Positions 50,201 through 61,129 of a stretch of DNA of 64,000 bases are shown one piece after another (positions within the stretch are counted from its first letter, which is position 1; every line of letters begins with the position of its first letter). The notes below the pieces were generated by a model, which was given only the letters and a program-made list of their open reading frames with translations, was not told the DNA's origin and did not search any database. A program made the translations under genes and the position numbers. Origin of the DNA: Ophelia neglecta (taxonomy: Eukaryota); the NCBI GenBank assembly GCA_965285935.1, contig OZ260665.1, positions 27,280,001-27,344,000 of the forward strand, given 5' to 3'.

Positions 50201-52716
50201 GAAGCCACAAAGCTGGCACAGTTGACAGATACTCACTAGTCATTTCTCAATCTGGTCTTCTCCACACTAACACATTGAAACTAATAAATTGATACTATCA
50301 GAATTTCTGCCTGTCTCATTAAGCTTATATCTTATTTTTAAAAAAAATTTTGAAGATATAATCAGATGAAATTCATGTCTACTATTAGCCTAAATATAAG
50401 GGATAGTTGAGAAAAGGACCAGACTGGAAGTTTCAGTGTGTATCTGGATCACAAGGTGAAGAACTTTACATCTTGGCTTGGTAATTTTGGCTATATTGAC
50501 ATATGGAAGAGTCCCCGACGGACGCAGTGATTCGGGGTTTATTCATACATTGACTTACAACAGTCTCTATTTATACTACTAGCCCTTACCATGCAACAGA
50601 CCTCCCTCGCTAAGTAAGATCGCATCCTGCCTGTTTTTGTCATCTTTATCATCGTTCCTGGCATCCCTTTTGATCGCTAACCAATCAGGAAATTGTGCCC
50701 TGAATTAACTAAATTCTAAAATAACCAAATTTAAAGCTGCTAGATAAGTGCTTCAGATAGTGACACACCCTGTGAGCACTGTTGATGGGGAATGAGTTTC
50801 ACCTTTTGCGCATTTTAAGTATTTTTCGTGGTGTATATATTTGACAAGGCATGATATTCCTACTAAGGAACTCTCCGTGTCTAACCGGGTGGAAGGTGTT
50901 TTTGGACATGGTAACTATGCTAGAAGTAAGACCAGTTGATAGTGCATTTGACACTGAATACAAGCTTGGAGTTTTTATCACCCTGATGCTAAACATGGAA
51001 TGTTTTCTAATTAGTATAACTATGGTTTTCTGTTAAACTATTTATTATCAGTTTTAGTTTTATTTTCAAATAAAGAATAACATTTTAAAGCTGGTAGTTA
51101 TTGAAATGATATATAGTAATTGAATGATTTACTAACACTGCATGTTTCAACACAAAATGTAGTTCATAAGATGCCAAATTTTGCACTGTATTGGCAAGTA
51201 AAGATTTTCTGAATGATATTGCATCATGGATATTAAAAGTATGGAAATTACCTGTGCATAACATTAATGTGTTATTATTGTACTTTACCTGAGCACAGAT
51301 TGCATGTAGATGTTATTAAACTCGTAATTGTATTTCGCCATGGGTAGTAGTTCGATTACTGCACTGAATGTTTGCCATGTTCGATGTGGAACTGTTATAA
51401 CCACTCTCCTCTACATGTGGAAGGACTCTTTTCAGTTTACTTTGTTTCTGTTGGTAATGGTGTTCAGTTGACAATTTAGCAAAAATCAATCCGCATCTTC
51501 CGACCAGTCAAACCTCCAATTTCCTCTCCTCCCCCTTTGCCTCACCCCTCTGATTCTAAAATTAAGCTATGTTAAACACTTTTCGAAAGCCACCAGTTAT
51601 TTTTCTTGTCTTTCATTTCTCCTGTTGCTTCTGTTATTTTAACTCTAACCCTCTTTGCCACCCTGAGTTTGACACTTTCCCTGTACTGCCGAGTTCTGAA
51701 TTAAGTTTGACGACTGCCGTTCCAACCAACCAACCAATCAACATATATATTTGTGTGCCCCGATTCCTCCCGGCTTTCTCCATGGCTGGCGAATCCTATT
51801 TGAATTTGCGACTTGCCGAGTTTCTACTCACCTAATAACAAAGTTTGAGTGCATCACATGGCCAATCCGGAATTCAGTGCATACTGACGACTACCGTACC
51901 ACATGCAATTGCAATTTTTTAACCATGTAACCAGTTTTTAGTTATTTGGTTGATTCTATGTTGTGTGCAGACTCAGGCATGGAGTGGTTGATTTCTGACT
52001 AACATTGGAAATGTTTTCTCCTAAATTTGCAGCGGTGCTGTTCTTTCCAGTTATGGGGGTCGTGAATTCGCAGCTGATCCCTACATAGGACATAGTATTG
52101 GCCCAGTGAGTGCCTATGGGGTAAGTTTGTATGCATAACAACTTCTGTTTCATTGAAATTATTGCTAAATGATTACTTGTTGAGCTGTTCTGTAGGCAAT
52201 AGGGTTACAATTGGCAAGTAGAATTAAAAAAAAAAATAGCAAACACATTCTACAATGTAAAGCATTCTTAACAATGAGAAGATCTTACTGCTCTGTAATG
52301 AGTTGGTAATTATCTACATGGAAAATGTTAGACTTGTTAGTGCCTGTCTCCTCAAAAATCATTGTATAATACAGTCTTCCATTCAAACGGAAAATTGCTT
52401 ATCATGAAATTGAATTAGAAAGGATGGTTACACTGCTGATGTGACAAATTAGTGATCACCAGTTACAAGAGCAATAAGAGTAGGAGGCTATGGGCAACAA
52501 TTTTTCAGGAGAAATTGGCAATAGCAAGCAGTCTAAAAGTATTAGAATTATCAATGTTGTGGTACCTGTCCTGTTTTTATCTCTAAGCCTTTTTGATTTA
52601 CTTTCCAGCAAACTCCTACTGCTATTCAGTATGGAATAAATACTAAGGCTTCACTTGGCTTGCCCTTGCAGGGTGCGGTGTATCGAGCCGGATACCAGAG
52701 ATTTGCCCCATACTGA
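31998..52716 (+). CDS. RBFOX1: RNA-binding protein Fox-1 homolog (Rbfox/A2BP1), spliced CDS of 10 exons, 315 aa core isoform
   Basis: Join 31998-32201, 37794-37925, 39949-40002, 42182-42274, 45314-45386, 46740-46881, 47893-47944, 49962-50044, 52051-52120, 52672-52716 totals 948 nt, is open, and all introns are GT-AG. It encodes [14 protein letters not shown]...[57 protein letters not shown] (diagnostic Fox RRM) and ends YQRFAPY*. Invertebrates usually have one co-orthologue of RBFOX1/2/3. Confidence 0.97.
34037..34275. repeat. 17-bp minisatellite (AGGCCAGGCAAGGCGTT)n in an Rbfox intron
   Basis: More than 10 imperfect tandem copies visible. Confidence 0.92.
37794..37925 (+). CDS. RBFOX1: Rbfox exon with RRM RNP2 (QTDLECES...[24 protein letters not shown])
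   Basis: Branch-like gctaac, ttcttgcag acceptor, GGG|gtacat donor; conserved Fox RRM start. Confidence 0.96.
39949..40002 (+). CDS. RBFOX1: Rbfox 54-nt RRM exon ([18 protein letters not shown])
   Basis: tatttcag|CAA...AAG|gtatgt; same boundaries as in vertebrate Rbfox genes. Confidence 0.97.
42182..42274 (+). CDS. RBFOX1: Rbfox 93-nt RRM exon containing RNP1 ([31 protein letters not shown])
   Basis: tttgcatgcag|GGATTC...GAG|gtgcatg; 93 nt, homologous to the skippable vertebrate RRM exon. Confidence 0.97.
45314..45386 (+). CDS. RBFOX1: Rbfox exon, end of RRM ([24 protein letters not shown])
   Basis: ttgatag|GTAAAT...CTTG|gtaagt; conserved [10 protein letters not shown] motif. Confidence 0.96.
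46740..46881 (+). CDS. RBFOX1: Rbfox C-terminal-domain exon ([21 protein letters not shown]10[17 protein letters not shown]); alternative in-frame acceptor at 46710
   Basis: ttcctcag acceptor, AC|gtatgt donor; RGxxxRGR motif of the Fox-1 C-terminal domain; poly-Ala at 46799-46828. Confidence 0.92.
47411..47677 (+). mobile_element. 5'-truncated SINE, MetaSINE-like
   Basis: GGTACTGATAGCTCCCCTGCCAGGCGC...CAGGACTG...GTCAGTATAAT resembles the Meta central domain of molluscan tRNA-SINEs (recalled, not searched); 3' tail ...AAAACCCCAACCAACAAACCAACC. Confidence 0.55.
47893..47944 (+). CDS. RBFOX1: Rbfox exon ([17 protein letters not shown])
   Basis: T-tract + cag acceptor, CAG|gtaaga donor; VYQD motif conserved in Fox proteins. 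Confidence 0.92.
49962..50044 (+). CDS. RBFOX1: Rbfox exon ([28 protein letters not shown])
   Basis: tgcttttttag acceptor, GG|gtatgt donor; Ala/Tyr-rich low-complexity C-terminal domain. Confidence 0.9.
52051..52120 (+). CDS. RBFOX1: Rbfox exon ([23 protein letters not shown])
   Basis: Branch ctgactaac, ttctttccag acceptor, GGG|gtaagt donor; AADPY motif. Confidence 0.94.
52672..52716 (+). CDS. RBFOX1: Rbfox terminal coding exon ([14 protein letters not shown]), PY-NLS
   Basis: cccttgcag acceptor; the RFAPY C-terminus is the established nuclear-localisation signal of Rbfox proteins. Confidence 0.96.
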   Translation, partial: GAVYRAGYQRFAPY

Positions 52717-55700
52717 GGTCAAAGGTCGCCCGCGTGGCTAGAGGAGAGGGCGGGAGGAGCATCATCCAGGATTTGTAGAGATTGGTCGCTATTTTGTATA
52801 TCTCACGATGGTCTGATAGAGACAGATTGTACAGTATAACGGCAGTAGAAGGCATATGGAAGGAAAGGCATCTTGGACCTGCCCGACCTACTGACCGATT
52901 GGTGCCAGAAAGCTTATTGTAAACTGCCACAAACCAAAGGCGGACCTCTCGTGCGGTCCTTAACCACCCAATACCAGTCAATATTCACTCTCCAAAAGTA
53001 CAATACTCATCTCCTGTCCATAGGCGCCCAGTCATTCAGTTCAGTCTCCACTTTAAAAAAAAATACACAGTTCATTTTAGTGATTAGATAATGTGTAATA
53101 TATAGGGAAGTTGTATTGTACAAATGGTAGATTCACTGTTTGTTTGTCTGCTGTAGTGGTGGATGAAGTTTTTGACACCGACAACCTTCCATGTTTCAAC
53201 ATCTACTGTGCAATGTACATGTATCCGTGTGGGCTGTACTGTAGTTTTGTAAGCCACCACAGCCAATTATTGTCAATCCACCTCAGATAGAGTCATGATT
53301 ACTGTATAAACCAATCCCAACAATCAGGAGCCTGCTTTTGCAAGTGCCAGGACAGTTTCAGGCAAGATTTACTTTGATTTTGGATAGAAAAAATCACAAT
53401 GCTGCTACACCTTTAAAAAGTGTGAGAGAAATCACCTGTTTCATCACCAGACAAGATGAATATTTGTCATTGCGGGATGAATTAATGAAAAAGAATTATT
53501 TTTGATTTCACTATATTTTTTGGAGTAGATATAAGATGATCAGAAACTGTCCAGGTACTGCGATGTTTAGTATGCCATAGCTATTTTGTGTTATTATATC
53601 CTTGATTTGTCAGTCAAAGAGTCAGATTGGAGACAAATTATATATATTTTAAAAGACATTTTTTCAGTTTAGATTGTCATGGTATTTCTCTCAATTGATC
53701 TAAGGTGCTCATGGTATATGTGTATACCAATGGATTTTATGTATGTGCAATGGCAGACATATGTCATGTATAGCCTCATTTACTTACTTGATGTTTAATA
53801 CATTTTATGTAGTGTGCATATGGAACAAACGTTTGTGTGTGTGATTTGGAGAGATGCTTATTAAGAACTGATATTCTAGCTTGCCCATGTAGCTTTGGGA
53901 CCACTTGTCCCTTTCACTACCCAAGTTTAAACCTCTTCTAATTTAGTGCAAAGTTCACACTCAATGAAAACTGCAAATAACATATAAGAGCTAGCCCATG
54001 GTGCACTGATTGTCACGGCCGAGTTTGCTTGTCCTGAAAAACGTGGAGACAATGGTGTTCAGCTATGGAAACAAGGCCCTGACATGAATTCTTCCCTCCA
54101 GACTCACTGTATGAAAATCTCATGTAAAGTTTTTAAACCAAAGAGGATATTAATACTCTTAAATCAGGAGTAAATTATCTAACTTATGTATCTATTCACA
54201 CAAACTGTACATCTAACTCGAACAAACTAGGTAAAATTGCCTGCTTCACCTGCCTTCTCTTGCTCCAGATTAATGCTACAACAGAAATGTGTTCCTTTAA
54301 TTTTCTGGTGCGAATGAAGCAGACATTTGATTGGTTCTGCTACCTTTAAGACATAGATATCTACAAGGGTTCCTGGCGTTGACTACCAAACGGGAACTCT
54401 TGGAGCAGCCTTATGTCACCTCGATGGGTCAGTATCAGTCATTGCCGTTTTGTGTTCCTCAATATTTTGTAATCATAACTTTGCTACTCACATTCAGGTT
54501 AAGACTTGATCTTTTTTACATGCATTGTGAAGATAAATCTTGAACTTTTTTGTGTCTGTGTGTAAATTTATTTATTGACCAGTTTTGCAGATGTTATGAG
54601 TTATAACATGAATCTGTTCACACATCTAAAGCACAGTGTTTGCTGCATGGTTTGAGTCGCTCAGTAGCTGAGATCTGAGCAATATGTGTGTATTATGTTA
54701 TTGAGTAGATCTATTGTAATTACACATAGTATCAAATCCAGTGCACTCTCTGTGTCACCCTTCTGAAGTACGTGTATATTATTGACGATGATTTCATATA
54801 GGTGCTTTACTATACATTTTGAACTAAATATATTTAAGCATTTGTGCGTACCTTTGCGGCCAACGCAACTTCCACCTTGTGTATTTCTGATGTTGCTGTA
54901 ACTTGCCAGTTAGTATATGGTATCCACCTTTTGGTTTTGCCCACCTGTTTTGGACAGTAGAATTATGAAATTGAATGATATACATTTGCTCTGCCTATGT
55001 ATTTTTAGTCTTTGGGTATTGTAACTCGGATGCCATGAATGTCGTCATGGCCGCAGCCCGGTCGCAAAGGTACAGGTTTAGATGTGAGTTTTGTCAGATC
55101 TGATAAATTAAGATTGAAATCATGTGTATATAGACATAGGGCAGATTGAGAAGCACAGTATATAGTTTGTTAAGTGCTATATAATATATAACAAGATTAG
55201 GATGTAGTGTCTGTATTAGTGGCAAATCGTGTAGTCTACGTTAATGTAAAGAATATACAGAAGTATACAGATTAGTTAGAGTACCCAATCCTAACAGTAC
55301 ATTGTCTTTGATAGTGCATTATGATTTATAAACATGTCGCAATATCTGTGCATTTGGTTTGATCTGCAGAAACGAATGGTTATAAGAAGGCATGCTGGGT
55401 TTGCAGAAAATAAGAAAGCATCTGTTCAAAATTATAAATTTCCACTGGGCATGTTAGATTTGCAGTGCCCGCTGTGCTCTTTGGTTTTGGCTCTGATTTT
55501 GTCACACTGTATACATTGATTTGGTTTGCTGTGCTCCATTGGTATTACCTGGTATGCTGATTACTACAATTTAAATATTTCTACTCTAGCTTCTATCTAC
55601 TGTTTTTTAAATCTAGTATTGTCGTAGAAATTGGCCAGCCTGAATGAAAGAAAGAATATCACTTGCTTCCTCCCTGTAATATCCTGTAAGTCTGCCCAGG

Positions 55701-56300
55701 AGAAGTATCTGTAGTATACCTCGGAGCTAGTCAGTTTTATATTATAGATCCTATTTAAAATGTATGATTGTTGTATTGTTGACCTATTTATAATACCCAG
55801 CCTGGCGGTTACACCAGACTGTAGCTTAATGTCAAACATCCTAGAACATCATGATTGAGACAACTCTCATTGTGCCCCGGCCTGCCAATCTAGCCTATGA
55901 ACTGGTGAATACCATGGTATTGGTTGCTATGGCAACTAGATAATTACATTATCCTTAGTGGAGGTTGATTAGATTGCTCAACAACTGAGAAGATGGCTGA
56001 CTCTTACCACTGCCAGTCTGTGGTGGGGGTGACCAGCCTAGAGAGGTTCCGGCCCCCCAGAATGAGAGGGTACACAAATAAGCTGGTCAGAAATCACTGC
56101 TTTAATCCTAAGTTTGGCAGCTGAAAGCCAAAGTTGTCACGTATGTATTCTGTAGGAATCACATTGTATAAGCTTCATCATTGTAACTATACACTTTGTA
56201 ATGATATGGCTATTATATATTAAAGCACTCCGTATACAGTTTATATCTTATACTGTATCATTGTTGCATTTGATGCAATAAATCTGTTAATAAGACTCAT
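52717..56300 (+). other. Putative long Rbfox 3'UTR (~3.6 kb)
   Basis: The first canonical AATAAA I could find after the stop is at 56277-56282; the intervening sequence is rich in UGUA and UG. Confidence 0.55.
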
Positions 56301-56331
56301 TTCATTAAATTTGTTATTATTTATTGTTGTG
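56277..56331 (+). terminator. Polyadenylation signal and downstream U/GU-rich element of Rbfox
   Basis: AATAAA at 56277-56282, then ttgttattatttattgttgtg at 56311-56331. Confidence 0.55.
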
Positions 56332-58579
56332 ATCATCAATAGTTGTGTAGATACACAGGTTTTCTAATAGTATTCTAGTTTCCCAAGATAAAAATGTGTT
56401 TTTTTTCTTGTTGCATTTTTGATATTGATAATTGGGAAAATTGACAAAATGCATGATGATATCTTTATCAGCATTAAGATATTGCCATAGGAAAAATTGT
56501 TTCCCATTTAACTCTTTCCCTGTCTAAGGTTTTCCTAGCAACAAAAAAGTCTACCAATTAATTTCTATTTAGAAGTCTAAAACTTATGCTTTTGTCAAAT
56601 AATATTAAATAAACTATGGGTTAGTATTTATCTTTGAACAGTCCATAGGTTACATGGTCAGCTATCTGTGGATTATTCTGGTCATTGCCATATGGACCGT
56701 TCTTGTTATGTGCCTCAGTATTAATCATAAATGGCAAGGAAACCTTGTAAATAGAAGTTATAAGTGATTTGTCCTCTTCCTCTAAGTTTCATTAGAACTG
56801 CACAATCTAGCCAATATTTAGATTAAATGTGGGAAGCATTATTCATATATTTTTAATAAATTTATTTGTCATTGTATTTAGGGGCAGTAGTCTGTAGATG
56901 CATTGAAATGTGTCTTTTTATTATCATGCTTACATATAGGGAGGGGTTTTAAAAGATGACTACTGTTATATATGTAACTTGACCACTGAACTTGGATGAT
57001 ATGTACTCTATTTAAGTAAGTTGGGTAGGGTTTTCGCTACCTCTGTGTTGTGCAGTTTAGTTTTTGCCCCCCCCCCCCCCTCCCCCCTAGAGGTTGTGAC
57101 AAGCACCTAGGCTCCCCTATTACACTCTCACTTGTGGGTTCAGATGGCTTTGTGCAAACGGCTTAACTACACTGGGCCCCTTAGTATCAGTCACTGTTGA
57201 CCTAGGCAAATTCATTTTTACTTGGTACAAAATTTGGGTGATAAGCTAGTGTTGGGTCATGAGACTGATTTCTTATATTATTTGCCTTCCAATAGCTTTC
57301 ACCATAGATTTCTTTTATATTTCTTTTGTTGTATACACAAAAATAGCATTATTTAGTGACCATTGGAAAATATTTACACACACATCATTCTTTGGGTATT
57401 ATGAAAATATTTAAATATTTAACTTACCAAAAGTATCAATCAGAGCTATACTTGATACATCTGGTAGGGTGTTAGCCCTCGGAATGCTTGAATTTAAAAT
57501 GTGTATGCAAAGGTACATACTAAACTGCAGTGTTAGCTTAAGATGTTGCAAAGGTGTGTTGTACAGGGGCACATGTGCAGAGGTGGTAAATCAAGACCAA
57601 CAGAGGTTCCCAGTTCGCTTAGTTCCTTTCCATTGAAACCTTATATTTGATTTCTCTAAATGTGCTTTGTTTAATAAAGAATAATATTGCATAGCCAGTA
57701 GTATGCAGAGAAGGATGAGGTAGTATTGTGTAAAAGTAGTAAGGTACCACTGAATCAGACTGGTAAATCATTCCTCAAGGGCGTATTCTACAAACTAGGG
57801 AAAGGTATTTAATGAAATACTATCAATGAACCAAGTCCCAACTTGGTGGAAATCAGGCAAATAATAATTACTGTGGGGTAATGTAAGTAATGTGCTGCCT
57901 GAAGTAGTATAGTACGGTAAGCCAGAATTTTCGTAGCTACTTTTTCCTCACATAAATGAAAGCCCCACTCACTATTCGGTTATATATATGGGGACAATAT
58001 AACTATTTAATCTGTATCACCTGACCTCAGTCTCCGAACACCGCCAAACCAAGTATCGTTGCTCGCCGTTTTTTTTTAGTTCACGGTCAATGTTGTCTAT
58101 CATTTTGCTGTTTTATACTACTTTTTTCCACTCTGAAATAAATACCACAACCAACAAATATCTTTGAAAGAAATATGATGCTAAAGTGTCACTAGTTTAA
58201 TACGGAGACATTGACAGAGGACATGGGCAGTTCTTTGTGTTAATTCTCAAAACTTCGTAACATTTCTACGTCAAAACTATGCTATATACTGAAATATCGG
58301 TACATTATATCATTCAAACGTCACGGATTTATTACCTCACAATGAACTCCGTTTAAGTCCACTGTCAAGGTCCTGTCATTAACCGAACAGACCTTTGTTC
58401 CCGCTACAATAATCAAGAAAAGGCAATTCTCGATTTAATTTTGTTTAATTTATTTCATTGTCAATTTTACTTTCCTTCGTCAATACATTATATTTGCCCC
58501 AAGATGCATAATTTCCCTGAAAACACTTGATTTGCGTTGAACAGGCAGACTGTGATTCATGTAAAGAACGTAATGAGGC

Positions 58580-58937
58580 AGTAGTCTATAGCATTTGGCG
58601 AATCAAAGTTGTATCGCAACCATCGGGAAATTTATCTCCTCGAAGATTAAGGTACTCAAAGACTTGTAATCGATGTTAATAGAAACGGTAGACATTTGTG
58701 AGTTCCTTACTCCAAACCACGTCTCGATACGTGCTGTACTTTTTGAGATATTAAGCAGAGCATGCGAAAAAACACGAAATAAAACAAACAATTCTCGCCC
58801 GGACATCGGACACTCAACGCGTACGGACCGAGATCAACTAGCCTATACACATGCATTTCGGACACTAAACGGAACGGCTAAATGCGGCGGTGCACGAATC
58901 TCCCCGCCAGTCCTGTGGCTTTGCTGACTTACTATAT
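58580..58937 (-). mobile_element. Possible non-autonomous Helentron/HINE-like (DINE-1-type) element
   Basis: CpG-rich; degenerate GTCCG repeats, a GCGG...CCGC hairpin and an AATATCTCAAAAAGT core on the - strand. Ends not certain. Confidence 0.35.
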
Positions 58938-60475
58938 TTAGAGAACTAAATAAGAAAATATTTGTGGCTGGTTCAGGGAACCATGAAAGGCCCATATAGG
59001 GGCATATAACTGTCGATATACAGGATAAACCTTTGAGAGAGACCTTAAAATATTTACCATTAGTCCGGTTACCATGATATTAAAATTACTTCTTTGTTAT
59101 GATGAGACTCCTAATAGAAGAAATATGTTATTAAATCTTTATTTAGCATTATTACCGTAACTATGGGAACGAATGGCAATAATAACACTTTTCTCACCAT
59201 TTTATGGAGACTGGTATTTAGGGCTTACCAAGAAATATTTATAGAGCGCTGCTCACTCGCGAACATATCGTTTGTTGATACAGAATAAAAAGAAGCTTTA
59301 AAATACATTGATGATATATCTATAAGGCCCCCAACTCTATAGGGTTATGCTGTTGACCTACTTTGATTACTGTACTTATCAGTTCGAATTTCATGAAAAG
59401 ATGTTCAAGTATGCTCAAGTATTTATCGAAATAGGGCATCAACTAATAACGGAACAAATAAAAAAGAAAAACTTCTTGTTAATGTTTTATTTTATTTTTT
59501 CATCTATCCCATTCACCAGGTTTACAATAGAAACGGATATTTTGTGATTTCTCTGCCGGTTAGTAAAAAGAATTAAAACAATTAAAAATGTGCTATGATT
59601 AAGATGACCTATATTTGTAAGCCTTAAGAGTAGAAACTTCAATATATACATTCTGATAATTTAATTAAGGTTTATTTTTAAGGACATGTTCTGGTTTATA
59701 ACAGTGTTGTCTTATGTCATTACTGGACCCAGGAAGTCAGTGTGAATTAGGCCGATAGTGGCTTAATACAGGTAAAGGTGTAAATTGTAGACTAAGAAAA
59801 TAAGGGTAAATTTTCAACGTAAGCAATGTGTACGCACACAGAAATCTCTACGTACAGCTTAAGCCTGATTCACTATGCCTACCTAAAAATATATAATGGT
59901 GTACATAAGGCACTGAGAAAAGCTTGCAGATGTACAAATGGGCAAACCAGAACAACTTACGAAAAACAACATTTGTAGGCACCTGATTGAATAAATATAT
60001 TATATTACACACACTCGTTAATAATAGGTTGTCAATCTTAAAATTCATTAAATATTGCAAATAATTTTTTTTCAAAAAGACCCAAAGTGTCCCCTCACCT
60101 ATAAAAATAAGTGGAGAATGCTTGTACATTGTGTTTGTCATTTGTTTTTAAATGGTGCGGAAAAAATGCTACAAAACGGGTCTGTGATTTGTCACTCTAA
60201 TCACTCCACCTCTCTCACAGATTAGTTATCACACACAAATTCTTTGACAAAAACTCATTTAGGCCTACTGCAAGTCTGTTTACATAGGCAACGAACGGAT
60301 TTCCAAACTGTGTTTCATCGAAGTCCGTGTGGTTTACGCAAGTCGTCATCGGTTAATCAGGTCAGGTAAAGCTAGTTTGTGGACGAGTCGGATTTGTGCC
60401 TGGTAATACGAGGCGGACACGGTAAGGTCGACCAACTGGGATTGGTGTCAAGATCAGCTCGCCCTTCTTCTAAAT

Positions 60476-61129
60476 CTAAAACCGACAGGAGCAGCCAGCT
60501 CGTCCCTTGGACGAGATCCCACAGCTGCACGCCGCCGCGCCCCTTGCAACCACCGCCCGAGAGCTGCAGACGTTCACGCGGGGTTGTGGAACCGGTATGT
60601 TGTTTTGGCAACGTCGGGGCCGACATCCGCCGCTTGATCGAAGGGGCACACCGCAGGCGCCGTTGCAACCAATCTTGCCACAGCCGCGGCAGACACAACC
60701 TCCGTTGCAGCCACGTCGTCCGCATCCGTCACAGGGTCGAAGGCCGCAGCTACCAGGGGCGCAACCTCTCCTACCACAGCCGGAGCATGGCGAGGGGCAG
60801 TCTCCCGCGCATCCCTTGTCTCCACACCTGTCACAGGGGCGGGGGCACGTGCCGTTGCAGCGCCAGCTGCCGCACCAGGCACATGTCCTGGTACGGCATT
60901 CGCCGTGGCAGTCGCTGCCATGACAATAATTGCACTCGCCGTAGACGGGAGGGCAGGCGGGGCCATACTGGACGGGACTATCATAGACCACGTGTTCTGG
61001 TTCCTCGTACACAGACCTGCGAACCACGACATCGTAGTCATCCCCACCGCCGTAGTAATCGTCTCCGCCGCCGAATAGACCATCCAAGAATCCCCTCCTT
61101 CTGGGTGGCTCGTCGTAGTAGTAGGCCAT
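60476..61129 (-). CDS. Uncharacterised 217-aa Cys/Gly-rich protein: Tyr/Gly/Asp-rich N-terminus and six C-x2-C-x4-C-x3-C modules
   Basis: GC-rich coding-like ORF with a splice acceptor (ggttttcgtttcag) immediately before the ATG; 32 Cys; no hydrophobic signal peptide. Confidence 0.85.
   Translation of the reverse strand: MAYYYDEPPRRRGFLDGLFGGGDDYYGGGDDYDVVVRRSVYEEPEHVVYDSPVQYGPACPPVYGECNYCHGSDCHGECRTRTCAWCGSWRCNGTCPRPCDRCGDKGCAGDCPSPCSGCGRRGCAPGSCGLRPCDGCGRRGCNGGCVCRGCGKIGCNGACGVPLRSSGGCRPRRCQNNIPVPQPRVNVCSSRAVVARGAAACSCGISSKGRAGCSCRF

Noticed and set aside
49710-50243. 177-aa - strand ORF
   Set aside because: Antisense to an Rbfox exon and a GC-rich intron; no recognisable protein features.
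52714-52840. Possible stop-codon readthrough after RFAPY TGA (about 40 open codons)
   Set aside because: TGA-G is not a leaky context and an open stretch of this length is unremarkable.
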